Assembly: GCA_051532055.1 (NCBI GenBank)
Contig: JAOPTX010000049.1
Coordinates: 1-38,661, forward strand
DNA from: Fibrobacterales bacterium
GTDB lineage: Bacteria > Fibrobacterota > Fibrobacteria > Fibrobacterales > JAOPTW01
Direction: 5' to 3'
DNA length: 38,661 nt
The notes under the pieces are model-generated. The model worked only from the letters and a program-made list of their open reading frames with translations. It searched no databases and was not told the DNA's origin. Below, in pieces: positions 29,228 through 38,661 of this stretch. The position numbers and the translations under genes are program-made. The stretch's first letter is position 1, and each line of letters opens with the position of its first letter.

Positions 29228-29568
29228 ACTTCCCCTCCCAAGGTGTGTTATGTAGATACTTTTAATACGTTCTATTGTAAAATAAATATCAAATCTATTA
29301 CAGTTTTGTAATGCTTTTAATGTAGTTAACCAATTCAAAATGGTTAATGGAGTGATAGAGTAGTTTCGCTCTCTAAATAGAGAGCACAGAAAGTCCAGAG
29401 AGCGCCATTTGTTTCATTTGTAATGGCGTCAGCTATAGTAGGATCAGTACGATAGGTACACAAAAATTATACCCCTCATAAACCAGAAGGGCTTGATAAC
29501 CCCTATCGTCGCAGCAAAGAGTTTAATGCCTATTTAAGGGGGAGGGGCTCAGCTATGATATTCCATTT

Positions 29569-32250
29569 TCAAAAGAAGTCATACTGACCTAAGTCGAGGT
29601 ATCCTGTGTGAATCACAGGATCAATACCTGGCTGGATGGTATTCTTATACTGGTGTATCCAATCATAGAATGGCCAGAATTTCCCACTATTTCTCGCGAT
29701 ACCATACTTTTTAATATAAGCTTTCCACTTTTGCTCTGTGTTTATTCCTGAGAGAATGGTAAGAGATTGGTCGAGTTCATTCTGTGGGATTTCAAGAAAT
29801 ACATTTGGATATGCCCCCACAACACCTCGATAGAGACTGAGGGAATGGTGTATAGGGTCAACTGTTTTTGTGTCTGTGCTCACAACAAGATTTGAGCGAT
29901 AGCTCTTATTATTTACCAAACTATAGAGATATGACTTTCCTGCGTCATCAGTTATTTTAATAAGCGTATTGTTAGGAGCATACTGAGGGAGGGCAAATTG
30001 ATTTTGGGAAAATGTTTTTTCTGTCAGAGCTTTTTGAGCACTGTGCTCCCAGTTATCTACCTGAGAGCTCAAAGTATCATCCAAGAGGGTATACTCTATT
30101 ACTGGTTGTAAATAGGTACTCCCTTTTTGAATAAATAGTTGCTGTAGAGAGTCTGCTGCTTTTTTGGGAGTCGATACTGCAATGCGTTTGTAGTGGTTAA
30201 TAAGGGTTGAATCACCTGAACTACGCGGGGCTGTATTGTTGATAGAGGCAAGGCTCTCCATGCCATGAACCTTATCATAGAGGACCCAGCCAAGACCTTT
30301 TGTGTATTGTTTCCGTAGCTCTTTCCGGGCGTTTTTTGGTAAAAAGGAGAGTGCTAGATCTTCTGCTTCAAGACGGACATACGACATAATTCTAAATGAG
30401 CTCACCTTCATAGCAAGGTCGCCATTAGGGAGGTAATTGGCAACAAGGTTATAGTAGAGACGTTCAAAATTTACAAAACTGAGAACCCAGACACTACCGG
30501 GCGTACCGCCCTCAGGTCCATATTGGAGAGAAGAATTACGCTCATGACGAGTGATATTGAGCCATGCATTTTGATTTATTACAGTAGAATCCCCAGGGGT
30601 TACACCGTCCCAAAGGTCAGAAACTGAAAGTCCTGTACGGTTCTTAGAACGTAAAAATCGTCTTAAGCGAGATTCATAGGCACGAGCCAAGGTACCTTTA
30701 TATGAGTGTGTGTTCTTTAAGTATGAGAGTGCAGCTTTTCCATCAACAATATTTTCGCCGACACCTTCAATAGCACTCCAAACTGATGAGAGCTCTTTAA
30801 ATTGTGCTGGTGTATTGAGGGCGAGAGAATCTTGATTGCGACCCGTTCCATGAGCTTTCCAGTTGGGGAGACCCAGCTGGGGGTCGAGCACCGATACATC
30901 TGATTCTGGATTTAAAAACCATATCCAAAAGTGGTCTTTTATAGCGTAGGTAGCTCCTGAGCCAACACAAACACCACCTTGAATCATTGCACCAATAATA
31001 ATATCTGAATTTTCGATCATAAATTGATACCGGGCTTTGGCGGGTATCACTGAAAAATATTCAAAAGGATTGTTACTTTCATATACCGGTTCATGAATAA
31101 CATCAGCGTCCCAGCTTGTATCAAAAATATCGTCAATACGCGCGAGTTTTGTGCTATCTACCTTCCATACTATCATTTTTTTATGGACGGGTATTTCAAC
31201 TACTTTTTTAAAGAGGTAGGTAATGTCTGGTTGATTGATACCTGTCTGATAAGGAAGTTCAGTTACGAGCTCTCCAAGGGTCCCATTGTCGAGCGGTGCG
31301 AATCGAGTTAATTTAAAATACTCTCCAGGGTTTTCGGTAAAATGATAATAGGCGGTAAAGCTGTGCTCATAAATAAATCGCGCAATATGATGTGCTTGAG
31401 CTGAAGGGCGATTGAGGAAGTCCTCCCACTGTGCCAAAACTTCTGGGTTGGTAACAATGCGTCGTTCCCGCTCTTCTTGAGGAGTAGGACTCGGAGCGCC
31501 TGCTGCAAGCCAGGTGTTAATTGCTTCGAGTTCAGTACTATCGAGACTTGGTAGGGCAAAAGGCATTGACGCACCATGGGCAATACTGTCAGTTCCTTTA
31601 TGGTTTTTAAAATAGGTGGCGGTGGTGATCACATCCCAAGGGTTATTTTCTTTGGTGTTATAAAACTCATTAAACTGCTCGTCGGTTGCAACACACTGGT
31701 ATTTATTTGAACGTGCATATCTTCGATTAGTCCTTTGTAGTTGCTCGGTAAGGTGAAATCCTACTTTGTTTGTCTTGGTACTGTTTTCAAGGAACTCTTT
31801 CATAAGTGAGGCATTCCATTCAGCTATGTTTCCCGATTGCATTGCTTCAACAGCATGATTGACTACGGGTTGAAAACCAATACTCCGCCATTTTTCATGA
31901 GGGTAAATGTCATTCATTTGGGTGATTGGCATTGCGGCATAGCGATCCATGTTATAAATGGGAGTCGGATTATATCCTCTTCTCACGCCAGAATAGGTTT
32001 GCATATTTAATTGACAAGGGGCTTCATAGCACCCATGACACGATACACATCGTTGTGCAAATATTGGTTCAATAGTTTTATAATAGAGGCTATCACCACT
32101 TTCTTCTGAGTACCAGGATTTAAAACTCTCTTCGGTATCATATACTTTGGGGAGGTCGGTCTCATAGGTTACCAGAAATTGACGTATCATTGAACATCCT
32201 GAAATAAAAACCAGGAAAAAAATGAGGAGTGTACGTAAATTGCGATTCAT
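29569..32250 (-). CDS. cti: Fatty acid cis/trans isomerase (heme c), predicted lipoprotein
   Basis: PIFAQRCVSCHGCYEAPCQL (CxxCH), WE.FLN, RFIYEH, IPAKARYQFM, DHFWIWFLNP, FERLYYNLV, RLEAED...FLP, GAYPNVF, FWPFYDWIH. Lipobox ISGC. Confidence 0.9.
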   Translation of the reverse strand: MNRNLRTLLIFFLVFISGCSMIRQFLVTYETDLPKVYDTEESFKSWYSEESGDSLYYKTIEPIFAQRCVSCHGCYEAPCQLNMQTYSGVRRGYNPTPIYNMDRYAAMPITQMNDIYPHEKWRSIGFQPVVNHAVEAMQSGNIAEWNASLMKEFLENSTKTNKVGFHLTEQLQRTNRRYARSNKYQCVATDEQFNEFYNTKENNPWDVITTATYFKNHKGTDSIAHGASMPFALPSLDSTELEAINTWLAAGAPSPTPQEERERRIVTNPEVLAQWEDFLNRPSAQAHHIARFIYEHSFTAYYHFTENPGEYFKLTRFAPLDNGTLGELVTELPYQTGINQPDITYLFKKVVEIPVHKKMIVWKVDSTKLARIDDIFDTSWDADVIHEPVYESNNPFEYFSVIPAKARYQFMIENSDIIIGAMIQGGVCVGSGATYAIKDHFWIWFLNPESDVSVLDPQLGLPNWKAHGTGRNQDSLALNTPAQFKELSSVWSAIEGVGENIVDGKAALSYLKNTHSYKGTLARAYESRLRRFLRSKNRTGLSVSDLWDGVTPGDSTVINQNAWLNITRHERNSSLQYGPEGGTPGSVWVLSFVNFERLYYNLVANYLPNGDLAMKVSSFRIMSYVRLEAEDLALSFLPKNARKELRKQYTKGLGWVLYDKVHGMESLASINNTAPRSSGDSTLINHYKRIAVSTPKKAADSLQQLFIQKGSTYLQPVIEYTLLDDTLSSQVDNWEHSAQKALTEKTFSQNQFALPQYAPNNTLIKITDDAGKSYLYSLVNNKSYRSNLVVSTDTKTVDPIHHSLSLYRGVVGAYPNVFLEIPQNELDQSLTILSGINTEQKWKAYIKKYGIARNSGKFWPFYDWIHQYKNTIQPGIDPVIHTGYLDLGQYDFF

Positions 32251-32476
32251 AGATCATACCCTTTTTGCTTACAGTGAGCCTGTAAAAGATACTATTTTCT
32301 TTTGAGAGCTGAAGGGCACTGGTGTATAAAAGTTTTCTTCAAGAGAGCTCTCCCTAGTATTGCACTATGGTTTTGGGGTCAATAACTTACCATCGGTTCG
32401 TTGTATCGGGAGTGTTTTAAATAATAAATATGATGGATTGAGTAGGGGGGGGGGATCATTTAAATTGAAAGATTGA

Positions 32477-33289
32477 TTATTCACAACCACTAACACATTG
32501 CCCCATGGAATAATGCATTAATGATACGAGCCGTCCATTTTTATCCCACAATTTATATGAACCGTTGTACATGTTTTCAAAGTATTCAATAGAGGCATGT
32601 TTTTTTGTTGAGACATAAAATGTTTGATAGGTGCCATGCTTTTTATCATTTTTATACTCAGTCTGTTTTTTTATATGACCGGTAGCATTCCAGATAAGGT
32701 GTTCACCATTACGCTTTCCTTCGCTGTAGTGCATTTTTTCAATGAGATTACCTTTTTGATCCCATAAGCGTACAATCCCATCAGGAACACCATTTTTATA
32801 AATAAGTTCCTTCTTTTTGTTACCATTTTGATAGAGGGTTCTATAGAGGCCCTCAAATTGACTCTGTTTATAGTGGATTACTTTTTTTACGGTACCATTA
32901 TTATACCACTCTCGGTAGAGTCCATGCCTATCGCCTCTTGAATAGTGAATTTCTTTTTGCAAGAGTCCTTCTTTGCTCCAATATGAATACAGCCCATCTT
33001 TTAAATTATTTTTATAATGAATGCGTTCAGCCATAACCCCATTGGGGTAAAAATAGGTGAATGTACTGTCTCTCAGTCCATTATTATAATAGGCTTCAAT
33101 CCAAAGAAACCCCGTACTATCCCATTTTTGGTAGAAACCATCTTTTCTATCGAGGTGACTTTTGAGTACCCAATAGTTCTCGCTACGATTGCCATCATCA
33201 TAAAAAGTTCTCTGTTGAATATGGCTGGTACTCTGGGCACTACAAAGATGTACCAGCAGACCCAAAATTATTGTTATCTTTACCACCAT
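32477..33289 (-). CDS. Exported MORN-variant repeat protein (YwqK-like)
   Basis: Signal peptide, then about nine ~24-aa repeats of the form Y.NG..DG.Y..WY.NG. Confidence 0.88.
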   Translation of the reverse strand: MVVKITIILGLLVHLCSAQSTSHIQQRTFYDDGNRSENYWVLKSHLDRKDGFYQKWDSTGFLWIEAYYNNGLRDSTFTYFYPNGVMAERIHYKNNLKDGLYSYWSKEGLLQKEIHYSRGDRHGLYREWYNNGTVKKVIHYKQSQFEGLYRTLYQNGNKKKELIYKNGVPDGIVRLWDQKGNLIEKMHYSEGKRNGEHLIWNATGHIKKQTEYKNDKKHGTYQTFYVSTKKHASIEYFENMYNGSYKLWDKNGRLVSLMHYSMGQCVSGCE

Positions 33290-33309
33290 AACTCCTTATT
33301 CAACACTTT

Positions 33310-34080
33310 ATGATTAAAAGATATACCACTCTACCTCTAATTATCGGCTTTATTTTACAATGTTTCACTACTTTATTGGCTGGTGATTGGAAAATAGTCA
33401 ATAAATTCCCTCATGACCCTCAGGCATTTACTCAAGGTTTGCTCTATGAGTCGGGTAAATTATATGAAAGTACCGGACTGTATGGTGCCTCTGACGTTCG
33501 AATGGTCTCCTTGGCAGATGGGGGTGTTATTAAAAAAGTTAAGAATGAAGCAAATCTTTTTGCCGAAGGGCTTTGCAAAATAGGGAAGTACCTGTATCAA
33601 TTGAGTTGGAAAGAGCGTACCATAATTACCTATTCATTGAAGCTGGATGTTGTGGAGGTAAGAGAGTATCCAATAACAGAAGGTTGGGGGTGTACCACAA
33701 ATGGGACGGAACTTATAACGAGTGATGGAAGTAATACTCTCTATTATTTGAATCCCCAAACCCTGATTCGAGTAAAAAGTATTGCGGTTCTTGATGGCTT
33801 TACTCCGATTACTCGCATTAATGAACTGGAATTTAGTCATGGATTAATTTATGCTAATATCTGGCAGCGAAATGAAATTATTGTTATAGATCCCTTGACT
33901 GGTCGGGTACAAAAAAAATACGATATGAGCTCACTTGTTGCAGATGCTACGACAATAGCACGAGCGCAAGGACAACCCATTGATGTACTCAATGGTATTG
34001 CCTACAATCCACAGAGTGATACTTATTATATAACCGGAAAATTGTGGCCTATTATCTATGAGGTATCTTTTGAAAAATAG
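33310..34080 (+). CDS. Glutaminyl-peptide cyclotransferase (plant/bacterial beta-propeller type)
   Basis: HDPQAFTQGL, ESTGLYG, FAEGL, EGWG, SDGS, NELE, VLNGIAY, TGKLWP; hydrophobic N-terminal signal. Confidence 0.95.
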   Translation: MIKRYTTLPLIIGFILQCFTTLLAGDWKIVNKFPHDPQAFTQGLLYESGKLYESTGLYGASDVRMVSLADGGVIKKVKNEANLFAEGLCKIGKYLYQLSWKERTIITYSLKLDVVEVREYPITEGWGCTTNGTELITSDGSNTLYYLNPQTLIRVKSIAVLDGFTPITRINELEFSHGLIYANIWQRNEIIVIDPLTGRVQKKYDMSSLVADATTIARAQGQPIDVLNGIAYNPQSDTYYITGKLWPIIYEVSFEK

Positions 34081-35056
34081 AAAAAGTGATGACGCAGTTC
34101 CCGTGCATAGGATTCCTGACCTAATAGCAGATGCAGAGAAAAAAAGAGCTCAGATTGATGGGAATGTGTATCGACTTATTAATGGTGTTGGTGACGGGTT
34201 ACCTGGAATTACTCTTGATCGATTTAATCGACACTATGTATTACAAATTTTTGATGAATCACTTGCAAAACGCGCAGAATATATTGGGAAGCGGTTTCTC
34301 GATGAGGTAGATGCTGACTATTTTATTATAAAAATGCGCTGTTGGTCTGATGGACTTTCACTGGAAGAGGCACCGGTAACGGTGTTAAAGGGGGATGACC
34401 CGCACACAACAGTAATAGAAAATGGTGTCTCCTTTCATATCCATGTAAATGATGCAATAAATAATGGGCTGTTTCTTGATATGCGAGCCAATAGGTTGCT
34501 TGCAACTGAAGATATGGCAGGGAAAACTCTTCTTAATGGCTTCGCGTATACCTGCTCATTTGGAGCGTATGCTAAATATTTTGGAGCAACCAAAACAGTG
34601 AATGTCGATATTAGTCAAAAGATTCTCGATGCAGGTAAGGAGAACTACCATCTCAACGGTTTTGATGGTGACACAGAGAGTTTTGTTCGTGCAGATGTTA
34701 TTGAGTACCTTGAATTATTGAAGAAGAATGGTACAACGTTTGACCTGGTTGTGATGGATCCGCCTTCATTCTCACGCTTTAAAGGTAAAACCTTTTCTGC
34801 AAAAAAGTCTCTCGATTTTATTGCTGAGATGTCATTGCACCTTTTAACGGATAATGGGACTCTCTTTATATCTACTAATAATAGTTCAATCTCATCTCAA
34901 ACGCTTAAAGGAGTGGTGAGTGGGTGTTGCGCTCAATTAGGGTATACATTAAAAAGTGCCCAATTAGTAGGCCAAGGAGTAGACTTTCCTGGTTCAGGAA
35001 AGGTGAGAGAGAGTCATTTAGCGGGCGTTTTGGCTAAAATTTCAAAAAATATTTGA
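34058..35056 (+). CDS. Class I SAM-dependent rRNA methyltransferase, RlmI/RlmK-like
   Basis: YRLINGVGDGLPGITLDRF, GLFLDMRANR, LNGFAYTCSFG, VMDPPSF. The true start may be TTG 34070 (GAGGT upstream). No N-terminal PUA domain. Confidence 0.88.
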   Translation: MRYLLKNRKSDDAVPVHRIPDLIADAEKKRAQIDGNVYRLINGVGDGLPGITLDRFNRHYVLQIFDESLAKRAEYIGKRFLDEVDADYFIIKMRCWSDGLSLEEAPVTVLKGDDPHTTVIENGVSFHIHVNDAINNGLFLDMRANRLLATEDMAGKTLLNGFAYTCSFGAYAKYFGATKTVNVDISQKILDAGKENYHLNGFDGDTESFVRADVIEYLELLKKNGTTFDLVVMDPPSFSRFKGKTFSAKKSLDFIAEMSLHLLTDNGTLFISTNNSSISSQTLKGVVSGCCAQLGYTLKSAQLVGQGVDFPGSGKVRESHLAGVLAKISKNI

Positions 35057-35082
35057 CTTCTCTTTGAAAGGTTTGGTATACT
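35053..35082 (+). promoter_or_regulatory. Putative sigma70 promoter with extended -10 for cheY
   Basis: TTGACT (35053-35058), 18-bp spacer, TATACT (35077-35082) preceded by TGn. Confidence 0.55.
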
Positions 35083-35114
35083 CCAACTTATAACACTTTG
35101 TTTTAGGTATTGGA

Positions 35115-35486
35115 ATGAAAATATTACTTGTTGACGACTCATCTACAATGCGCAGAATTCAGAAAAACACCTTAAAATCTATTGGATTTGATGATGTGAC
35201 TGAGGCAGAGGATGGACAAGTTGCACTCGATATACTTATTAAAAATCCAACATTTGAATTAGTGCTTCTGGATTGGAATATGCCTAATATGAATGGAATA
35301 GATTGTCTCAAAAATATTAAGTCATCGGACACGACGAAACATATTCCTGTAATCATGGTGACATCAGAATCGGAAAAGAGCAGAATTATCGAAGCAATTC
35401 AAACGGGCGCCTCTAACTATGTGGTAAAGCCTTTTCAACCTGATACTCTTAAAGAAAAAATTCAATCAACTATGGATGCACAGTAA
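35115..35486 (+). CDS. cheY: Single-domain response regulator CheY
   Basis: ILLVDDSSTMRRI, LLDWNMPNMNG, IPVIMVT, YVVKPF; 123 aa. Confidence 0.88.
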   Translation: MKILLVDDSSTMRRIQKNTLKSIGFDDVTEAEDGQVALDILIKNPTFELVLLDWNMPNMNGIDCLKNIKSSDTTKHIPVIMVTSESEKSRIIEAIQTGASNYVVKPFQPDTLKEKIQSTMDAQ

Positions 35487-37311
35487 TAAGTCTATTCCAT
35501 ATTTTCTTATTGGAGGCATCATCCGTAAAGGTGACCGCCACAGTATTTTTTGAGCTTCCTGACATATCAGGAAGCTCTATTGCTATGTGCTCTTCTTCAT
35601 TGTCATAGTAGTGGGGAACCCATTCTCCATCAATGGTCGCCGCAATCTGATTACCACTCGAAAAACCACTCAGGTCTTTTGTAAGGTAGAGCAATAGTTT
35701 GGAGTGACACTGTTCATATTTTTTGCAAGAAACAGTCTCATAACCTTTAACCACTGGTGGGGTTGTATCTTGTACAATGCGAATATCTCGCAGTTCATTA
35801 ATTTGGGTACAGAGTTGATTACTCTTTCGTGTAATCCTGCTAAAGGTTGACCATTCACGTTTAGTCTCGGTGAGATATTGTAATATCCATGAGGAATCAG
35901 AGCCGTTCCCTGATACACATACATTAATTTTCTTTTTTATAGGAAGCCCTTTGGGATGCAGGGTAAGGGTTCTTAATTGTTCATTAAATTCCATTGTGAG
36001 TACTGCATCAACTTCAGGAGTGAGCTCTAACTGCCAATGGGGCCGTTGGGTACGATAGTGTTTTGACTGCTTCAATTCTACAAGTGATACCGTTCGAGGT
36101 TTTTTTCCTTGGGGGGTAATGGTGATTTGTGACAGAGTTGAATCATCTACAAGGAGCGAAGGAATTGAAATGAGGTTCCTATTGAGTGTATCTAGTGCAG
36201 TACTATGTTGTTGGCGGGAGGTAATAATGGTGTTATTATGTAAAGCGAGGTAGGGGAAGCCCATATAGGTAAAGAGTGTTGAGTCTTGGTTTCCCCAAGG
36301 AGACAGCGGTACATTCGATGGCCTTGAGTATTCTTTTGATTGTGAAAAGGTTAGGTACACTGTAGATTGGTTGTGTAAAAAGTCTTCTACAATTGCGGTG
36401 AGTGTATCATTAGATTGAGTACATGTGATTGGAGATTGACTGAAGTGGGTTGTGTGCTGTGTTTTTGAACCGAGATTGTGCCAATCACCTTGAGGCGACA
36501 GGGAGTCTTCAATGGACCAGAGGAGTTCATGGCGAATTTCTGACATGGTGCCATAGCGTGCCGCTTGATAGGATTTTTGATAAATGAGAGTATCATTACA
36601 ATGGAGTGATAGCTTTGCAATTGACATAGGATTCTCTTTAACGCCATCAGCAAAATCAGTAATGTAGAGCAATATCTTTGAGAGAGCTCTCTGCTGAATT
36701 GGTGAGGGGAGCTGGAATATTTGTCCTATGTTATCAAAACGTTGTATTGACCCATCATCATAGATGATGGCTGCGTGAGCTATATCTGGTGGGACGGTAT
36801 CAATAACTTGAACAAAGGGCGCTGGAGAAATAGTTTGAGGTGAGCCCGTACGGGTTTCAAAATGGAGGTGGGGTATGCCGATACCTGTTGATCCAGAATA
36901 GGCAATAATCTCTCCCTTTTTAAAACGAACCGTCCTTTTTTTGGGTCTCCAGTCAATATCATTACTCTGGATACTGTTTTGGTAGAGGCGGACCTTTTTC
37001 TGAATAGTTCCCGCAAATCCATCGAGGTGTGCAAAAACATAGAGAATAGTGTCACTCTGAAAATAGAGGGCTTTGCCATATCCGAAGGGTGATATTTTTA
37101 TACGGCTGACAAATCCATGCTCAGGGGCTCGAATTACAATGCCCACAGTATCATCAGTGGGGAAATCAAATCCGGCATGATAGCGGCTTCCTCGATTTTC
37201 TAGGTAACTAGAGCTCAGAGGGTAAGGTTTTCCCAAGGGGGTATAGGTTGACTCGCTCCATAAATGAGTGATGAGTAGTAGCGTGATAATGAGTAAGAGT
37301 TGTTGAAACAT
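35470..37311 (-). CDS. M23 family metallopeptidase, exported
   Basis: Signal peptide; HxxxD (YHAGFDF), YVFAHLD, SGSTG, HxH (PHLHFE); long C-terminal region with DTTPP. Confidence 0.88.
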   Translation of the reverse strand: MFQQLLLIITLLLITHLWSESTYTPLGKPYPLSSSYLENRGSRYHAGFDFPTDDTVGIVIRAPEHGFVSRIKISPFGYGKALYFQSDTILYVFAHLDGFAGTIQKKVRLYQNSIQSNDIDWRPKKRTVRFKKGEIIAYSGSTGIGIPHLHFETRTGSPQTISPAPFVQVIDTVPPDIAHAAIIYDDGSIQRFDNIGQIFQLPSPIQQRALSKILLYITDFADGVKENPMSIAKLSLHCNDTLIYQKSYQAARYGTMSEIRHELLWSIEDSLSPQGDWHNLGSKTQHTTHFSQSPITCTQSNDTLTAIVEDFLHNQSTVYLTFSQSKEYSRPSNVPLSPWGNQDSTLFTYMGFPYLALHNNTIITSRQQHSTALDTLNRNLISIPSLLVDDSTLSQITITPQGKKPRTVSLVELKQSKHYRTQRPHWQLELTPEVDAVLTMEFNEQLRTLTLHPKGLPIKKKINVCVSGNGSDSSWILQYLTETKREWSTFSRITRKSNQLCTQINELRDIRIVQDTTPPVVKGYETVSCKKYEQCHSKLLLYLTKDLSGFSSGNQIAATIDGEWVPHYYDNEEEHIAIELPDMSGSSKNTVAVTFTDDASNKKIWNRLITVHP

Positions 37312-37433
37312 ACCGTGAGATGAGGAATTGTTTCTGAGAAATGTAGTATTAATCAGTGGATTTCAACAAAACATTGTGGGGAGTTTTGCTTATTAATACA
37401 TTTATAAATGAACGGTTTTAGCCTTACGGTTTT

Positions 37434-38111
37434 ATGACGAGTGTACTGTTTTTCCCCTTTAAGTTAGAAATGGATTCTATGTTTCCAAATCTGATTCCTT
37501 GCAAGAGCATTAGTGGTCTTGATAATCTGTATACTCTTGATATAGAGGGTACAGACACCGTATATGTCACTTTTACGGGTCAAGGCAAAGCACAATGCGC
37601 TGCTCAGACAACACGCGTAATTGCCCTTACCCATGCGTCACGAGCAATTCTCATTGGGTCTGCAGGTGCACTTAAAAGTGGTATTTATGACCAACCTCTA
37701 TGGCTTATTGATCAGGTTTACGAATGGGATTTTAAGCCATCAATCGGAGGAATTGTAGGTGATTCACCGCGGTTTTCTTATCCAGCCTCCCTTGTGAATG
37801 AGATAGAACAAGGATTACGTGATATCAACTTACGAGTATCTAAAGGAACGATTGTTTCGGGAGATTGTGATGTATGGAACAGTCAGGATCGAGAGATGCT
37901 TTCTGAAAAATATGGTGCAGAACTTGTTGCATGGGAGAGTGCAGGCTTTATTCGAGCCCTCGCTGTGTCGGGGGTCAGTGGTGTTGAGATGAGAATCCCT
38001 ACTGATTTTTCTGAAGTGAATAATCACAAAGACTTTAAAAAAGTGCTGAAGGAACGATTTAAAGAAATCTCCCCACTCATTCATACCCTATTCAAAGTCA
38101 TCAAAAATTAG
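37434..38111 (+). CDS. MTA/SAH nucleosidase / nucleoside phosphorylase family protein
   Basis: TGQGKAQCA, ILIGSAGAL, GTIVSGD, VAWESAG and MRIPTD match the PNP_UDP_1 fold. Divergent; substrate uncertain. Confidence 0.75.
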   Translation: MTSVLFFPFKLEMDSMFPNLIPCKSISGLDNLYTLDIEGTDTVYVTFTGQGKAQCAAQTTRVIALTHASRAILIGSAGALKSGIYDQPLWLIDQVYEWDFKPSIGGIVGDSPRFSYPASLVNEIEQGLRDINLRVSKGTIVSGDCDVWNSQDREMLSEKYGAELVAWESAGFIRALAVSGVSGVEMRIPTDFSEVNNHKDFKKVLKERFKEISPLIHTLFKVIKN

Positions 38112-38263
38112 GGTTTTTACTCATTTTTAATGGTCCCTTAGGATATTGATGTGAGATAGCGCTTATGGGAAAGTAATTTTTAAAATTACATAAAAAAATA
38201 GACTTACATTTTATCATTTTTAAGATATATTCTATACAATCCATCTCTAACACATAGGGTACC

Positions 38264-38560
38264 ATGATCCATTATACCGCAATGATATCTAAGGTCGTAA
38301 CCGTAGCAATAGTATCTGCCTCACTTTTTATACTCTCATGCTCATCAGATCTTGATAATGCTAAAGATTCTGCTATAAAAACTCTTGAATGCCTAGAGGT
38401 CGTATTAAGCGATAACGCTCCAAAAGATGAGAAAGAAGCTTGTATTAAACATAACGAGATGCAGAAAGCATTAGAAGACAAGCTTACTCCTGAAGATAAA
38501 GAAGAAATTGCTCGTTTCTATGTTGAAAAATTCAAAGAGATGCAAGAAGAACGAAAATAA
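38264..38560 (+). CDS. Small hypothetical lipoprotein
   Basis: Lipobox FILSC, then a charged helical segment with a Cys pair. The start could be ATG 38282. Confidence 0.65.
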   Translation: MIHYTAMISKVVTVAIVSASLFILSCSSDLDNAKDSAIKTLECLEVVLSDNAPKDEKEACIKHNEMQKALEDKLTPEDKEEIARFYVEKFKEMQEERK

Positions 38561-38661
38561 CTTGTCTATTATATAGAGTCATTTCGCTTGGTCTCCTAGT
38601 AGACAACGAAAATAAACTCTGTATGAAGATAGAACAGGTATATCTATAAAAAAAGCATGAT

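Noticed and set aside
29228..29338. Longer ORF-track starts (also 2527, 19182, 22671, 25194)
   Set aside because: Downstream ATGs have better RBSs or place the signal peptide at the N-terminus.
32343..32352. Palindrome GAGAGCTCTC upstream of cti
   Set aside because: A short 10-bp low-complexity palindrome with no supporting context; not enough to call an operator.
32477..33289. YwqK-type toxin-antitoxin module
   Set aside because: The similarity reflects generic MORN-variant repeats; the protein has a signal peptide and no adjacent toxin gene.

Overview
Gene-dense, AT-rich bacterial chromosomal window with about 25 credible CDSs. I saw no rRNA, tRNA, CRISPR array, integrase or transposase. 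Many predicted lipoproteins with Ser-rich linkers and a collagen-like lipoprotein suggest a diderm, possibly Fibrobacterota-like (inference). The main feature is a ~15 kb, translationally coupled four-gene operon (2566-17480): a DUF6603-type protein followed by uncharacterised proteins of 1466, 1770 and 547 aa. None has an obvious signal peptide or catalytic motif, and the middle two seem to carry large inserts; this is the best candidate for an undescribed system. The rest comprises cheX, a CotH-kinase lipoprotein, an MnmH/SelU homologue with Ser at the catalytic Cys position and an attenuator-like leader, MarC, an S4 protein, a GH16 glucanase, a degenerate HNH protein, an OmpA/PG-binding plus HExxH metallopeptidase pair, a fatty-acid cis/trans isomerase, a MORN-repeat protein head-to-head with glutaminyl cyclase, an RlmI/K-like methyltransferase, cheY, an M23 peptidase and an MTA/SAH nucleosidase-like gene. 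All family calls come from motif recognition by eye; no searches were run.
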